Part shown: piece by piece, positions 1 through 10,600 of the stretch
How positions within the stretch are numbered: position 1 is the first letter of the stretch
Layout: each line of letters starts with the position of its first letter
DNA from: a virus
Direction: 5' to 3' (one strand)
Virus record (IMG/VR): IMGVR_UViG_3300048914_000231
Coordinates: 50,063-114,062 of that record
DNA: 64,000 bases
Position numbers and translations under genes: made by a program
Notes under the pieces: generated by a model
What the model was told of the DNA's origin: nothing
The model's database searches: none
Seen by the model: only the letters and a program-made list of their open reading frames with translations

Positions 1-1119
1 CACCACCGGGAACCAGTTGTCCAGGTACATATCGCGCGAGCCGCCGGCCACCTCGATGGCGGGCGCGCTGGTGTCCGTGACCGAAGCTACGCTGCCATAT
101 GTGACGGAGAACCAGCCCTCGGCGTTGAGCGTGCCGTTCGGGTTGCGCACGAGGTTTTCAAAGTCGCCAACGGCGATCTTGCCGGCCGTGACCGCACCTG
201 CTGCCAGTTCGGTGGCGCCGATGGCGCCGGCGGCAATCTGCCCTGCCGTGATGGTGTCGGCGGCGATCTGCGCGGCAGTGATCGTGTTGGCGGCAATCTG
301 GCCCGCCGTGATGGTATTGGCGGCGATCTCGTTGCCGGTGATGGTGCCCGCCAGAATCTTGGCGGCCGTGACGGCACCGGCGCCGATCTTGGCCGTGGTG
401 ATCGAGTTGTCCGTGATCTGCGTGCTGGTGATCTGGCCAACCAGCTTGGTGACGTCGATCGAGGCAATCTGCGCGCTGGTCAGGGCGCCAACCAGTTTGG
501 ACGAGTCCACGGAGGCGATCTGGCTGCTGGTAAGCGTACCTGTGATGTCGATCGCCGGCGTGGCCGAAGTCCAGGCTGATCCGGTGTAGCGGTACAGCTT
601 GCTGTCGGTCGACAGCATCACCACCTTTGGCCCCGTGTAGCCGGACACGGCCGGCAGGGCCGACACGATCGACACCGGCTGGATGCCGCTGGCAAAGGAT
701 GCCGTGGATACCACACCGGAAGCCAGGTTGCCCGTCACCGGATCGATCGCTGCCACATTCAGGTTCGACGCCTGCACGGCGCCGGCGGCGATGTCCAGGT
801 TGGTCGCCAGCAGCGACTTGGCCACGGCCGAGTTGGACCAGGTTCCATCCGTGCGGCCGTAGATGTTGATCGCGCGCACCCAGTAATAGCGGTTCGTCAC
901 CGGATTGACGCTGGTGGACGAGTCCGTGAAGGTGTTCGTCGTCACGGTGCCGATCTTGGTCGCGCTCGCCACGCTGTTGGTCGAGTTGCTCCAGATTTCG
1001 GCGCCGGCGTAGGTCGTGTCGGTAGGCATGTCCCACAACAGGACCACGGCGCGCAGGCTTGGCGTGGCCGTCAGGTTGTTCAGGGTCGGTGCCGGTACGG
1101 GACGGATATTAAGCAGCAT
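1..1119 (-). CDS. Tail fibre / host-specificity accessory protein, runs off the left edge (not in ORF track)
   Basis: ATG at 1119 overlaps the end of the upstream gene; reads MLLNIRPVPAPTLNNLTATPSLRAVVLLWDMP...EIWSNSTN (FN3-like), then IAANTITAGQ-type repeats; no stop before base 1. Confidence 0.8.
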   Translation of the reverse strand, partial: MLLNIRPVPAPTLNNLTATPSLRAVVLLWDMPTDTTYAGAEIWSNSTNSVASATKIGTVTTNTFTDSSTSVNPVTNRYYWVRAINIYGRTDGTWSNSAVAKSLLATNLDIAAGAVQASNLNVAAIDPVTGNLASGVVSTASFASGIQPVSIVSALPAVSGYTGPKVVMLSTDSKLYRYTGSAWTSATPAIDITGTLTSSQIASVDSSKLVGALTSAQIASIDVTKLVGQITSTQITDNSITTAKIGAGAVTAAKILAGTITGNEIAANTITAGQIAANTITAAQIAADTITAGQIAAGAIGATELAAGAVTAGKIAVGDFENLVRNPNGTLNAEGWFSVTYGSVASVTDTSAPAIEVAGGSRDMYLDNWFPVV

Positions 1120-1573
1120 TGAAGTTCACCACGAAGTCAAGGTTGGTGCTGTATTTGATGGTGGCGGTGTAGGCGCCCGCCACCGTCGTCGTAAGGGTCA
1201 GCGAGCCGTCGCTGATGGTGCCGTTGGCGATCGGGTTGATGCCAACGCCAATCGGCACATCGATCTGGTACGTCGCGCCATTCGGAATCGGGCTGATCGT
1301 GATCGAATCGGTGCCGTTGGCAACGATCGAAGTCTTGTTGGCCGCGATCTGGGTGCCGCTGACGGCAATTGGCGGGCGCGCCTTGGTTGGCAGGTCGCCG
1401 CCGATCGGGATCGCATTCACGTCCACCACCTGCGTGACCGGGTCGGAACCGGTGATGATCACGTTGGTGCCGGGCGAACTGCCCTGCAGGCGCGCGGACG
1501 CCTCCGTCATCGCGGTGCCGGTGCGCAGAATGGCGCCGGTGGTGGTGTCGTACACCGTGTACTGGATTGTCAT
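1109..1573 (-). CDS. Tail-associated hypothetical protein
   Basis: Thr/Ile-rich beta-type sequence, coupled to the tail tip gene. Confidence 0.7.
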   Translation of the reverse strand: MTIQYTVYDTTTGAILRTGTAMTEASARLQGSSPGTNVIITGSDPVTQVVDVNAIPIGGDLPTKARPPIAVSGTQIAANKTSIVANGTDSITISPIPNGATYQIDVPIGVGINPIANGTISDGSLTLTTTVAGAYTATIKYSTNLDFVVNFNAA

Positions 1574-4500
1574 TTCTTAACGCCCATCATGAAGATTTCG
1601 TTGTAGCCAAGGATGACGTCGGGGTGCGCCGACCACTCCACCTCGACCTTGGTCGTGCCGGCCGGCAGCTTGACTGACGCCGAGCACACCGGAGCATCGT
1701 TGGCGACGCGGCCCATGATTCCGCGCACCACGGTGCCGGCAACCTTGATGCGGATCGACCAGTAGCGGCTGTTGTTGGCAAAGCCCTGCGCGCTGGTGAC
1801 CAGGATGTAGACCATGCCGTCCTGCGGCATTGCCATGTAGCCCTCGTTGACGACGGTCCAGGTGCCTTCACCCACGCCCTTGCGCTGGCGGTCCGGCGCG
1901 GTGACAACGATCGGCACCGTGACGGCTTCGCCAGCCAGCTTCAGCGTGTTGATCTGGGCATCGCCAATCATGGCCGACGAGATCGAGGCGTCGCCGATCA
2001 GGGCGTTGGACAGAATCACGCGCGGCACGCCGTTCACGGTGCCGACAGTGAATGGCTGCACACCCGGGTAGCTCGGCATGATCAGGCCGAACTTGTCGGC
2101 GTAGATCACGAACTCGGACGTGCCCACGCCGGCCAGGCTGGAGGTCGAAGACAGGCCAAAGCCGGCGATGTAGCCGTTGTTGTCGATCTTGAGGCTGTAC
2201 TGGCCGGACAGGCCGCTGATCGTATTGGCGTTGGTCGAGAACGCCTGCTCCATCGTCACGCCGCCAACGTTGTTCAGACGGCTGGTGATCTGGTAAATCG
2301 CCTGGGCCGCGGCGGACGTCGACGTGGCTGACACGTTGTTGAGCTGCGTGATCGCCGCGGTGGCGGCCGGCAGGCCGGTGGTGGCGTCGTTGACCTGTGC
2401 CTTGAGCTGGTACAGCGTCCTGGCGTTGGTCGAGGCCGACGTGGCCGACACGTCTTCCAGCGCGGTGATCTTGGCCGTCGCCGCCGGCAGGCCGGTGACC
2501 GGGTCGTTGAGAACGTCGCTGACGGCCTTCACGCGCGCGTTGACGCTGCCGGCCACGGTGTCCGCGGCGTCGATCAGGTCGATCCTGGTCTTGAGCGCCG
2601 GCAGCAGCTTGGAGTCCGCGATGACGCCATCGGCGATTGCCGCCACGTTCAGGTTGGTGGTGGTGAACGTCTGCATCGACGACACGTTCAGTTCCGTGCG
2701 GCCGAAGGCGTCGTAGGCCGCCAGTTTGTAGTAGTAGACGGCGTTGAACATCAGGCCGGGCACCGCGAACGACGTGTCCGGGCCGCTGTAGACCAGATAG
2801 GTGTCGCTGGGCGTGCCATTCAGGTTCGAAGCGTTCTGCGACATCCACATGCACACGCCGGCGAAATCCGGATCGTCCGTATGCTGGTAGCTGACGCTGA
2901 CCGAATCGAACGACGGCAGCGCGCTGAAGCTGGTCAGGCCCGGCGACGGGTTGAAGGCGTCGAGCAGGGCCGGCGTGCCGAGATTGTTGAACGTGTCGCG
3001 CTGGCGAACCTGAAACACCAGATGGCGGGTCAGGCCGTCCGAGAAGTTCTTGTCGTAGATGTAGACGTAGCTGTTGTCCGTCGTGTACTCGGTGCGGCGC
3101 AGTGTCGTGCCGTCGGCTTCGAACACCTTGATTTCGTAATCCTTGAAATGCGGATCGAGCGCACCGGCATCAGCGCCGTTCGGTTCGCTGCCGAACTCGT
3201 AGGAGTGCGTGACCGAGTTGTAGCGCCAGTTGATCTTGCAGTCACGGCCGGACCAGACATAGTCCACGCCGGTAGGCATGCCGACATCAATACCCTGCGT
3301 CTCGCCAATCACGGTATAGGTCGCGGTTGGCGCGTCCTCGTACTGGCTGCGCTTGTCGAACAGGTCGAACGCCACCACGCGCACGCCCAGGACGTCACCG
3401 CGCGCGGCGCTGATGACGACGCTGGTGACGCTCTTTACGGTATTGATCTTTTCTTCCGTGCGTCCGTTTCTGGTGACGTACACGTCGGCGCCGCCGTACA
3501 TGCCCACGGTCGACGCCGTCCAGCTGGCCACCACGCTGGTGACGACATTGTCACCGGCAATGTAGGTCTCTTCGTAGACGGCCAGGTTGGCAACCGGTCC
3601 AATCGGAGTGTTCGGGTTGGTCGGTACGGCCACGTTGCTGCCGTAGCGGCTGTAGTCATACACTTCGGGGCGGTATTCGATGGCGGTAATGTCGCGCCGG
3701 TATTCGGAGTCGCCCGTGATCGACTTGATGCGAAACGCCTTCTTGACGCGCGCGGCCTCGCCGAACATCCATTTCGTGAACTGGGCCGGTGCGGCGCTCA
3801 TGGGCGTTTGCAGCGTGACGGTATCGCTGGTGCCAGGCGTGACCACGACCGGGAATTCCTCGATCACGTCGGTATCCCACAGCACATAGGTCTGGCCCGG
3901 AACGACCCCGGCGACGCTTGACAGAATGACGCCATTGCTGAAGGTGCCGTCGACGCCGATATCCTTGCCGCCCACGACAATGCGCCTGACAGTCAGGCCG
4001 GGCGTGAAGCCGGTCAGCGTCACGCTGTTGCCGGTTACGCTGACCACGCTGCCGCTGGCGCGCTGCACGCTGTCACGCATCGCCAGCAGATTGTAGGTCT
4101 TGCCCGAGGCCATGGTCACGGGGCGGTCAAGCTGCATGACCGACGTGGTGGAGCCCGCGTTGAAGCGCCCGGCCTGCGCCCAGTTGGTCAGGTCGGTCTG
4201 TACATAGATCAGGTCGCCCACGCGGCAGGCGATCGCCTCCAGCGGTGCCCCGAACGTGATGGTCTTGAGGATGTAGCGGTTCAGGTTCAGCTGGAACTGC
4301 GCTTCCTTGTAGGCGCGGTCATAATCGACCACGCCATACAGCGTGACGGCGCTGTTGCGCTGCGGTGCGCCTGAAGTGAATGCCACCGGATCATAGACCT
4401 TGATGGTGCGCTGCTTGTACCTGTCGGTCCTGTCGAAAAAGGTGACGTCGATCTCGTTGGCGCGGTCGGCGGTGCCCAGCCAGGTTTCCTTGTACGAGCC

Positions 4501-6255
4501 CTGGATCATGTTCGCGACCGAGAACATCATCACCGGCGTATCGGGCTTTTCCGTAATGACGGTAAAGCGCGTGCCGGATGGCACCAGCTGGCTGTGCCCG
4601 ACGCGCAGCACCAGCTGGCAGGCGTCCCAGACATTCGTTTCGGTCTCGATGGGGCCATTCCAGGTCATGCCCTGCGCGTCGCAGTAATCGGCAAAACTCT
4701 TGAATGCCACCAGATCCAGCCGTGCGGTCGGCATGGCGCCGCCATAGCGCGTGTGCGTGAGAATGTCCCAGACGATCCAGGCCGGATTGGTCGACGCGGC
4801 GACGCTCCAGTCGGTGCCGTCGTACACGCTGATCATGCGCCCGCCATTGACGAACGTGACGTTGGGCAGGCCGGACAGCTGGTCGGTCATCTTGATCTTG
4901 AGCGCGACCAGCGCCGTGTTCGGATAGCTCACGTCATCCAGCGTGATTTCGTTCACGTCCGACAGGTACACGTCGTCCAGGATGTTGTCCTTGGTCGACT
5001 TGGGCGTGACGCGGCGCACGCGAATTTCATAGGCGCCGTTGGTCAGTACATTGGTCGTGTACGAGCGACGCACGGCGCTGCGCTTGTCCGAGCCGATCGT
5101 CACACCGGCCGAGTAGACCGGATAGCGCGCGGCACGCACGCCATCCACGGTGCTGATCACCGCGCCCGATTGCTCCACGTAGGCGAGCGTAAACAGGTCA
5201 TCGACCGGATCGCCGGACGGGCCGGTCCAGGTGTGGCCGTCATAGGTCGCGTATTCCCACGCGGCGATATCGGTCAGCAGCGGCAGCGTTGCCCAGTTGG
5301 TGTCGCCCACGCGGCGATATTCGACATCGATGTCGACCGAGTAGTGTTTGGACGAACCATTGCCGGTGTCGATCTCGCACATGCCGGTCGGCGCCACGAA
5401 ATCCAGGCGCATCTTGTCGACGTTGGCCGTGGTGGTCGAATAGAACCAGTCGGTCGTAAGTTTCTGGCTCTTGTTGATCGGCGTGATGTTATCGTTGAAC
5501 CAGTCGATCATCGTCTGGTTCGACGTGCCAAGACGCGTCTGAACTTCGACGTCGTGATAATCCGTCAGCGGATTTTCGTTGATCTCGATGTCCGTGATCG
5601 AATTGACCGGTCCCTCGCCGGCCGAGACCAGCATGAACAGGGTCTGGTTGTCGTCTTCGTCGGTGGTGGTGTACATGCCGACGATGTTGCCGCCGGTGCG
5701 AAACTGGCCGTAGCAGACCGGAACCGGGATACCTTCGATCGATGTGTTCTTGGCGCCATCAACACCATAGGACGACCTGGTGTCGCTCGCGGTCGTGGTC
5801 GGTTTCGGCGGCGCGAAGATCGTATTGACCAGCATCGAGCCGGCAATCGTGATGCCGGCCTGAATTACAGCACCGCCGATGGTGAGTCCGGTGCCGGTCA
5901 TGCCCATAGCGCCAGCGATGGCCGCGCCGGTGCCCGCCGTCATGACCGAAACGGCGATCAGTGCCACGATCGCCAGAATCTGCTTGGTGCCACCGCCGCC
6001 GGCCGGCACCGGGCAGATCACGACGTTGTCGGTCTTGTCCAGGTACGTGACGGCAAACTGTTCGGGCTGCACGATGCGGCCTGACACCGAAACCACAATC
6101 GGATCGGCTTCGACCAGCGGAAAGTAGTCGGCCAGGGTCTTTTTGCTGCGCCAGACCAGTTCGGTACGCTCCTGCTCGCGCGGATTGAACGGATTGAGAA
6201 TCCGAATTACCGGAATCAGGTGCTTTTTACCTTGGCGCTTCTTCGTTTCCGACAT
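1570..6255 (-). CDS. Tail tip / central tail fibre protein (lambda J-like with I-like N-terminus)
   Basis: 1561 aa; GIPVPVCYG, AGEGPV, YPNTALV, STNPAW motifs; FN3 regions; C-terminal DUF1983-like YSLKIDNNGYIAGFGL. Confidence 0.9.
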   Translation of the reverse strand: MSETKKRQGKKHLIPVIRILNPFNPREQERTELVWRSKKTLADYFPLVEADPIVVSVSGRIVQPEQFAVTYLDKTDNVVICPVPAGGGGTKQILAIVALIAVSVMTAGTGAAIAGAMGMTGTGLTIGGAVIQAGITIAGSMLVNTIFAPPKPTTTASDTRSSYGVDGAKNTSIEGIPVPVCYGQFRTGGNIVGMYTTTDEDDNQTLFMLVSAGEGPVNSITDIEINENPLTDYHDVEVQTRLGTSNQTMIDWFNDNITPINKSQKLTTDWFYSTTTANVDKMRLDFVAPTGMCEIDTGNGSSKHYSVDIDVEYRRVGDTNWATLPLLTDIAAWEYATYDGHTWTGPSGDPVDDLFTLAYVEQSGAVISTVDGVRAARYPVYSAGVTIGSDKRSAVRRSYTTNVLTNGAYEIRVRRVTPKSTKDNILDDVYLSDVNEITLDDVSYPNTALVALKIKMTDQLSGLPNVTFVNGGRMISVYDGTDWSVAASTNPAWIVWDILTHTRYGGAMPTARLDLVAFKSFADYCDAQGMTWNGPIETETNVWDACQLVLRVGHSQLVPSGTRFTVITEKPDTPVMMFSVANMIQGSYKETWLGTADRANEIDVTFFDRTDRYKQRTIKVYDPVAFTSGAPQRNSAVTLYGVVDYDRAYKEAQFQLNLNRYILKTITFGAPLEAIACRVGDLIYVQTDLTNWAQAGRFNAGSTTSVMQLDRPVTMASGKTYNLLAMRDSVQRASGSVVSVTGNSVTLTGFTPGLTVRRIVVGGKDIGVDGTFSNGVILSSVAGVVPGQTYVLWDTDVIEEFPVVVTPGTSDTVTLQTPMSAAPAQFTKWMFGEAARVKKAFRIKSITGDSEYRRDITAIEYRPEVYDYSRYGSNVAVPTNPNTPIGPVANLAVYEETYIAGDNVVTSVVASWTASTVGMYGGADVYVTRNGRTEEKINTVKSVTSVVISAARGDVLGVRVVAFDLFDKRSQYEDAPTATYTVIGETQGIDVGMPTGVDYVWSGRDCKINWRYNSVTHSYEFGSEPNGADAGALDPHFKDYEIKVFEADGTTLRRTEYTTDNSYVYIYDKNFSDGLTRHLVFQVRQRDTFNNLGTPALLDAFNPSPGLTSFSALPSFDSVSVSYQHTDDPDFAGVCMWMSQNASNLNGTPSDTYLVYSGPDTSFAVPGLMFNAVYYYKLAAYDAFGRTELNVSSMQTFTTTNLNVAAIADGVIADSKLLPALKTRIDLIDAADTVAGSVNARVKAVSDVLNDPVTGLPAATAKITALEDVSATSASTNARTLYQLKAQVNDATTGLPAATAAITQLNNVSATSTSAAAQAIYQITSRLNNVGGVTMEQAFSTNANTISGLSGQYSLKIDNNGYIAGFGLSSTSSLAGVGTSEFVIYADKFGLIMPSYPGVQPFTVGTVNGVPRVILSNALIGDASISSAMIGDAQINTLKLAGEAVTVPIVVTAPDRQRKGVGEGTWTVVNEGYMAMPQDGMVYILVTSAQGFANNSRYWSIRIKVAGTVVRGIMGRVANDAPVCSASVKLPAGTTKVEVEWSAHPDVILGYNEIFMMGVKK

Positions 6256-6616
6256 ACTCGAAATATCCTACGATGCGGTGCTGCCAGTCCGCCAGGCGGA
6301 CAATCGTCACGCCACCGGAGGGTTCCCAGGCGTGAATCATGTGGTGTGGACCGAATACATAGCCCACGTGCGCGGCATACCTGCCGACCCGGATGAATGC
6401 CACGGCGCCGTGACGTGGTTCGATCTGGCGCCACTGGGGCAGACTGGCCGTCATCATGGCCATGATGGTCGGCTGGTCGGTCGCGCTGCCGAAGTCCGGC
6501 AGCACCACGCCGTCGCGGCGCGCGCATTCCATCACCAGGCCATAGCAGTCCAGCGCGTCGGGTCCGCGCGCGCCGTATTCGAACGGCACGCCGATCAGGT
6601 CGGCGAAATCAGCCAT
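6227..6616 (-). CDS. NlpC/P60 tail peptidase (lambda K-like)
   Basis: DLIGVPF..GARGPDALDCYGL, HVG, MIHA; start trimmed to MADFAD. Confidence 0.88.
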   Translation of the reverse strand: MADFADLIGVPFEYGARGPDALDCYGLVMECARRDGVVLPDFGSATDQPTIMAMMTASLPQWRQIEPRHGAVAFIRVGRYAAHVGYVFGPHHMIHAWEPSGGVTIVRLADWQHRIVGYFEYVGNEEAPR

Positions 6617-7241
6617 AGCGGGTGTCGCGCGAATTGATGCCCGGGAAAGCGCCGAAATGAATGACGTTCTGATGCGCGCGGCAGCCATTGGCGCCTTCAA
6701 GCGACAGGTCGCACGACGACATCGAGCCGGTATAGCCACATTCCTGACTCTTGTAGCGCCACTGGCAGTAATCCTTGGTCTGGCGCCGGCGCGGGAAGGT
6801 CTTGGTAATGTTGTTCTCGGCGCCCAGCGTGAAGGCGCAGACGTAGTTGGCCGTCTCGGCGGCCGTGACCTGGAAGTACTCGATCACCTCGGGGCTTTGC
6901 GTCAGGTTGCCGGCGTTGACGACGGTGACCGTGACGGCGAACCCTACGCCGCCGCCATAATCCTGCATGCGCTGCTGTACCGTCAGCGTGTAATCCTTGA
7001 TCGACAGGTTGATCTCGGACTGCGTGCCGGCCTCGGACTTGAGCGTGATGTCGAATGCGGCCGGCGAGTACGTAAAACCGTTGTACGTGACCGGGTCCGG
7101 GTTGCGGGCCAGATGCAGCGTCTCGACGGTGACCAGCGTCGCCGGATCGATCACGGCGACGTCCAGAAGAATGATCCAGGGTACTTCGGAAGAAATCCGG
7201 TTCTTCTCGATGATGCTGGCGACGGAAAGGGAGGTGGTCAT
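6609..7241 (-). CDS. Minor tail protein (lambda L-like)
   Basis: C-terminal CQWRYKSQECGY...C...C...FGAFPG Cys cluster. Confidence 0.85.
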   Translation of the reverse strand: MTTSLSVASIIEKNRISSEVPWIILLDVAVIDPATLVTVETLHLARNPDPVTYNGFTYSPAAFDITLKSEAGTQSEINLSIKDYTLTVQQRMQDYGGGVGFAVTVTVVNAGNLTQSPEVIEYFQVTAAETANYVCAFTLGAENNITKTFPRRRQTKDYCQWRYKSQECGYTGSMSSCDLSLEGANGCRAHQNVIHFGAFPGINSRDTRYG

Positions 7242-7284
7242 GCGGCGATTATACATCAGTCACCGCTGACCTATCAATCGGGCA

Positions 7285-7656
7285 TCAGGCCTGCGCCAGT
7301 TTGAAGGCGACGTCCCACAGTTTGGTTGGTCCGATACCGGAGTACCTGAACGTCATGTCGCCATCGAAACGCACCTGCCAGGTGGTCAGATTGACCGGAT
7401 CGGTCCAGTCGAAGATTACCGCGCCGCCACCCACCGTGGCGTAGAAGTTCATCAGGGTGGTGCGGTCCGCGTCCGTGATGCCCTTGTAGCCGGTGGTGAA
7501 GGTCTTACGCGGCGTGCGGGTGTGGCGCGCGCGCGAGACGACATAGCCACCTTCCATTTCGGACTTGATGGCCACGTCCTCGATCGCGATCGAGTACTGG
7601 GTGGAATCCTGGCCGCCTTTACCCAGGGCCAGGGTGGGGAATACCGGATTTGTCAT
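7285..7656 (-). CDS. Distal/minor tail protein (M-like)
   Basis: Follows the TMP; MEGGYVVSRAR, FDWTDP motifs. Confidence 0.75.
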   Translation of the reverse strand: MTNPVFPTLALGKGGQDSTQYSIAIEDVAIKSEMEGGYVVSRARHTRTPRKTFTTGYKGITDADRTTLMNFYATVGGGAVIFDWTDPVNLTTWQVRFDGDMTFRYSGIGPTKLWDVAFKLAQA

Positions 7657-7659
7657 AAA

Positions 7660-10600
7660 TTAACCTTTCAATGCGTCCTTCATGCCCGAGCGAAACGGAC
7701 CCGGGGTGGTTACGGCCGACAGCACCACGTCCAGAACCATCTGCTTGCCATCAAAGCGGGCGTTGCCCTGCTGGGCGTTGACCGGCGTGGACGTCTGGTT
7801 GATCACGTTGACCTGAACGTTGGCGCCGGCGGCCTGTGTGCTACCCTTCATCGTCACCGGAATCGAACGTCCGTCCGGCAGCGGGACGTAGGCTTCCGTG
7901 CCGGCTTCACCGTAGATCGCGACCTGCGGGCTGTTGGCCACGCCGCCGTTGGCGTACTTGCGCAACTGCAGCGGCCCCATACTCGTCATGATGCCGCCGT
8001 TGGCAAACATGAACTCGGCGACCGAGCCTGCCCCAACGCTGTTTTCCGCTGCCGTGGCACCGGCGGCCATGTCACCGCCGCCAAACAGGGAGCCCAAAAA
8101 TCCACCGCCACTCACGCCAGACCCGCTTGTCATCAGCCGTTCGGCGAACATCTGCAGTGCCGGAATGGCCTGGCTGTAGATCGTGGTGCCCATCTGCATG
8201 GAGGCGCTGGCCGTGGTCTCGTCGGCGGTCACACGCTGGGCCGCCGCGGCCGTGGCCGCAACATCGCTGGCGCCCGTTTTGGCCATGCCGAACACGTTGG
8301 TCTTGAGCCAGTCGCCGCCGGCATCGGACAATTGTCTGAGCGGCTCGGCCAGCGCCTGTTTCAGTTTGGCCGAAGCGATCTCCATCAGCATTTTCTTGAT
8401 GAAGTCCTTGACCGCCAGATGACCGGTATTGAGCGAGTCCACGATCATGCTGACAAAGCTGTCGGCCGCGTTGGCGCCAATCTGGTCGACCGCTCTGCCG
8501 ACGTCCTGCCATTCGCGCGCCATTCTGGCGGTCGCGGACTCCATCTGGCGCGCTTCCTGTTCCGCGCGCAGCCGGCGGCGCTCGTTATAGATGCGGTCGG
8601 TGTTGTCGCGGTCGCGCTGGTAATCCTCGTCGATGGCCAGCAGCATTTCGGTGCGCTGCTCCTCGGTCTCGATGCCGGATTCCTTGCCCAGTGTGGCGCC
8701 CGCGATCAGGCTGCGCTCCCTGGCGTACGTATCGTCCAGCGTCTTTTTGCGCATGTTCAGCTGCGCATCCTCGGCCGCGCGCTCGGCTTCCAGACGCAGG
8801 CGAATGCGCTCGCGCTCGGTATCGGCCAGTTCGGCCTTCGACTGGCGGTTCTTGTCCAGGTAGCCCAGCGCGAACGTATTGTTGTCGGCGCGCGCCTGGT
8901 TGAACAGGGCCATCCCCTTGGCGATATTCCACTTTTCGAACGCACTGGTGCCGGCGCCAAGACGCTGTTCGGCACGCTGCAGCTCCTTGTTCAATGCCTT
9001 GAATGCGTCGGTCTGCTTGGCGAGACCGCCATTTTCCAGCGTATTCATCGCTGAATTGGCTTCGTAGAGGGACGCAGCGACACGCTCGTTGGCAAACGTC
9101 ACGGCCTTGATCTGCTCGTTGTAGAGCATGGCCTGATAGGTCTCATCCTTCAGCTGCCTGATTTTCGGATCGTCCGCGGCCGGATTCTTCGTCTTGTCGT
9201 GGTTGACCGAATAGTCGCCCGCCTTGCGCTTGCCCTCGACCAGATCGATCGCCTCCTGGCGCAGGGTCTCCAGCGTCTCGCCGCCGGCCACCAGCGCATC
9301 CAGCTTGGTCTTGGCGGCGTTCATCTTGCCCTGTTCCTCATACAGGGCTTCGTTCAGCGGATCGCGGTCGCCGCGGCGCTTGCCGCTGGTGGCCGCGGCA
9401 TTGTCGATGCGCGCGGTCAGTTTGTCGTTCGGCTTGTCCTTGGGTTCGGCGACTTTTTGCTCGACGCGCTTGTCCGGGGTCAGCCTGACCGGCTGGCGCT
9501 TCTTGCTCTCTTCCGTGATCAGGGTTGCATCGTAGCGATGCTCGTTGATTGCCGAACGCCTGTCGATGTCGGCTTTCTTGCCGGCGTACTCCTCGTCGCT
9601 GTCCAGGTGTACCAGATGGCGTGCCCAGGCCATCAGACCTTCGCCGCCCAGCGTCAGGCGACGCCAGTTCGCGATGATGTGGGTGATGGCGTTATCGATG
9701 CGCTCGCCGATCGTCAGCGTCATCGTACCGAACAGGTCGAACGAATCGAGCCAGTTGCCGATCACCGTGCCGATGTCAAACGCCAGCACGACGAGGCCAA
9801 ACACCTTGAACACCTTGGTCAGCGCGGCAAAGGCGCTACCGATGAGGCCGACACTACCGGCCGCGGCCGGGCCGACGCCAATCAGCGAGCGCAGCACACC
9901 CATCAGGCCGGTGGCACCGAACATCGACATGAAGCCCTTGACCGACAGCACGACACCGGCGAAGCCGGCACCGATCACGGACAGGGTCGCGGCCACCTGG
10001 TTGTTCTGGCCAAACTCGCGAAACATCATCACGACACGGCTGCCGAACTCCAGCAGCTTGGTCAGGGCCGGCAGGATCGTATCGCCGACGATGACCTTGA
10101 AATTGGTCAGCTGGGCGTTGAACTTCTGCATGTTGGCCGCGTAGCTGCCACCCAGGCGCTCGGCGGTCTTGTTGACGCCGTCGGCGCTGTTGATGGTTTG
10201 CGACTGGTGTTCAAGGCGCTCGCGCGCGGCTGGCGTGCCCACGGCGGTGACGGCGGTGACGGCCGACTGCGTGATGCCCAGGCGCTGCAGATACTGCTGG
10301 ACCGCCAGCATCTGGTCCTGAACATTGTTCGGATCCATGCCGTTCTTGTAGAAGCGCGCGCGGTTCTTCTGCGTGTAGGCGACGATCTGCGGCACCATGT
10401 CCTGAATCGCACGCACCGGGTCGCGCAGCCACAGATCGACGTTCTTGAAGCTGCCGTTCTTGGCGTCCTTGAGCACGCCGGCGTCATCCTTCGACAGGTC
10501 CAGGCCGCTCTCGTCGAGAATGCCGGCGCCGATCGTTTCCTGAACCGCCTTGTTCGACTTGGTCTTGCCGGTGGCATAGGCCTGCATCATCTTGATGATG

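Noticed and set aside
180-520. 30-bp tandem repeats
   Set aside because: Explained by the coding repeats of the tail fibre protein
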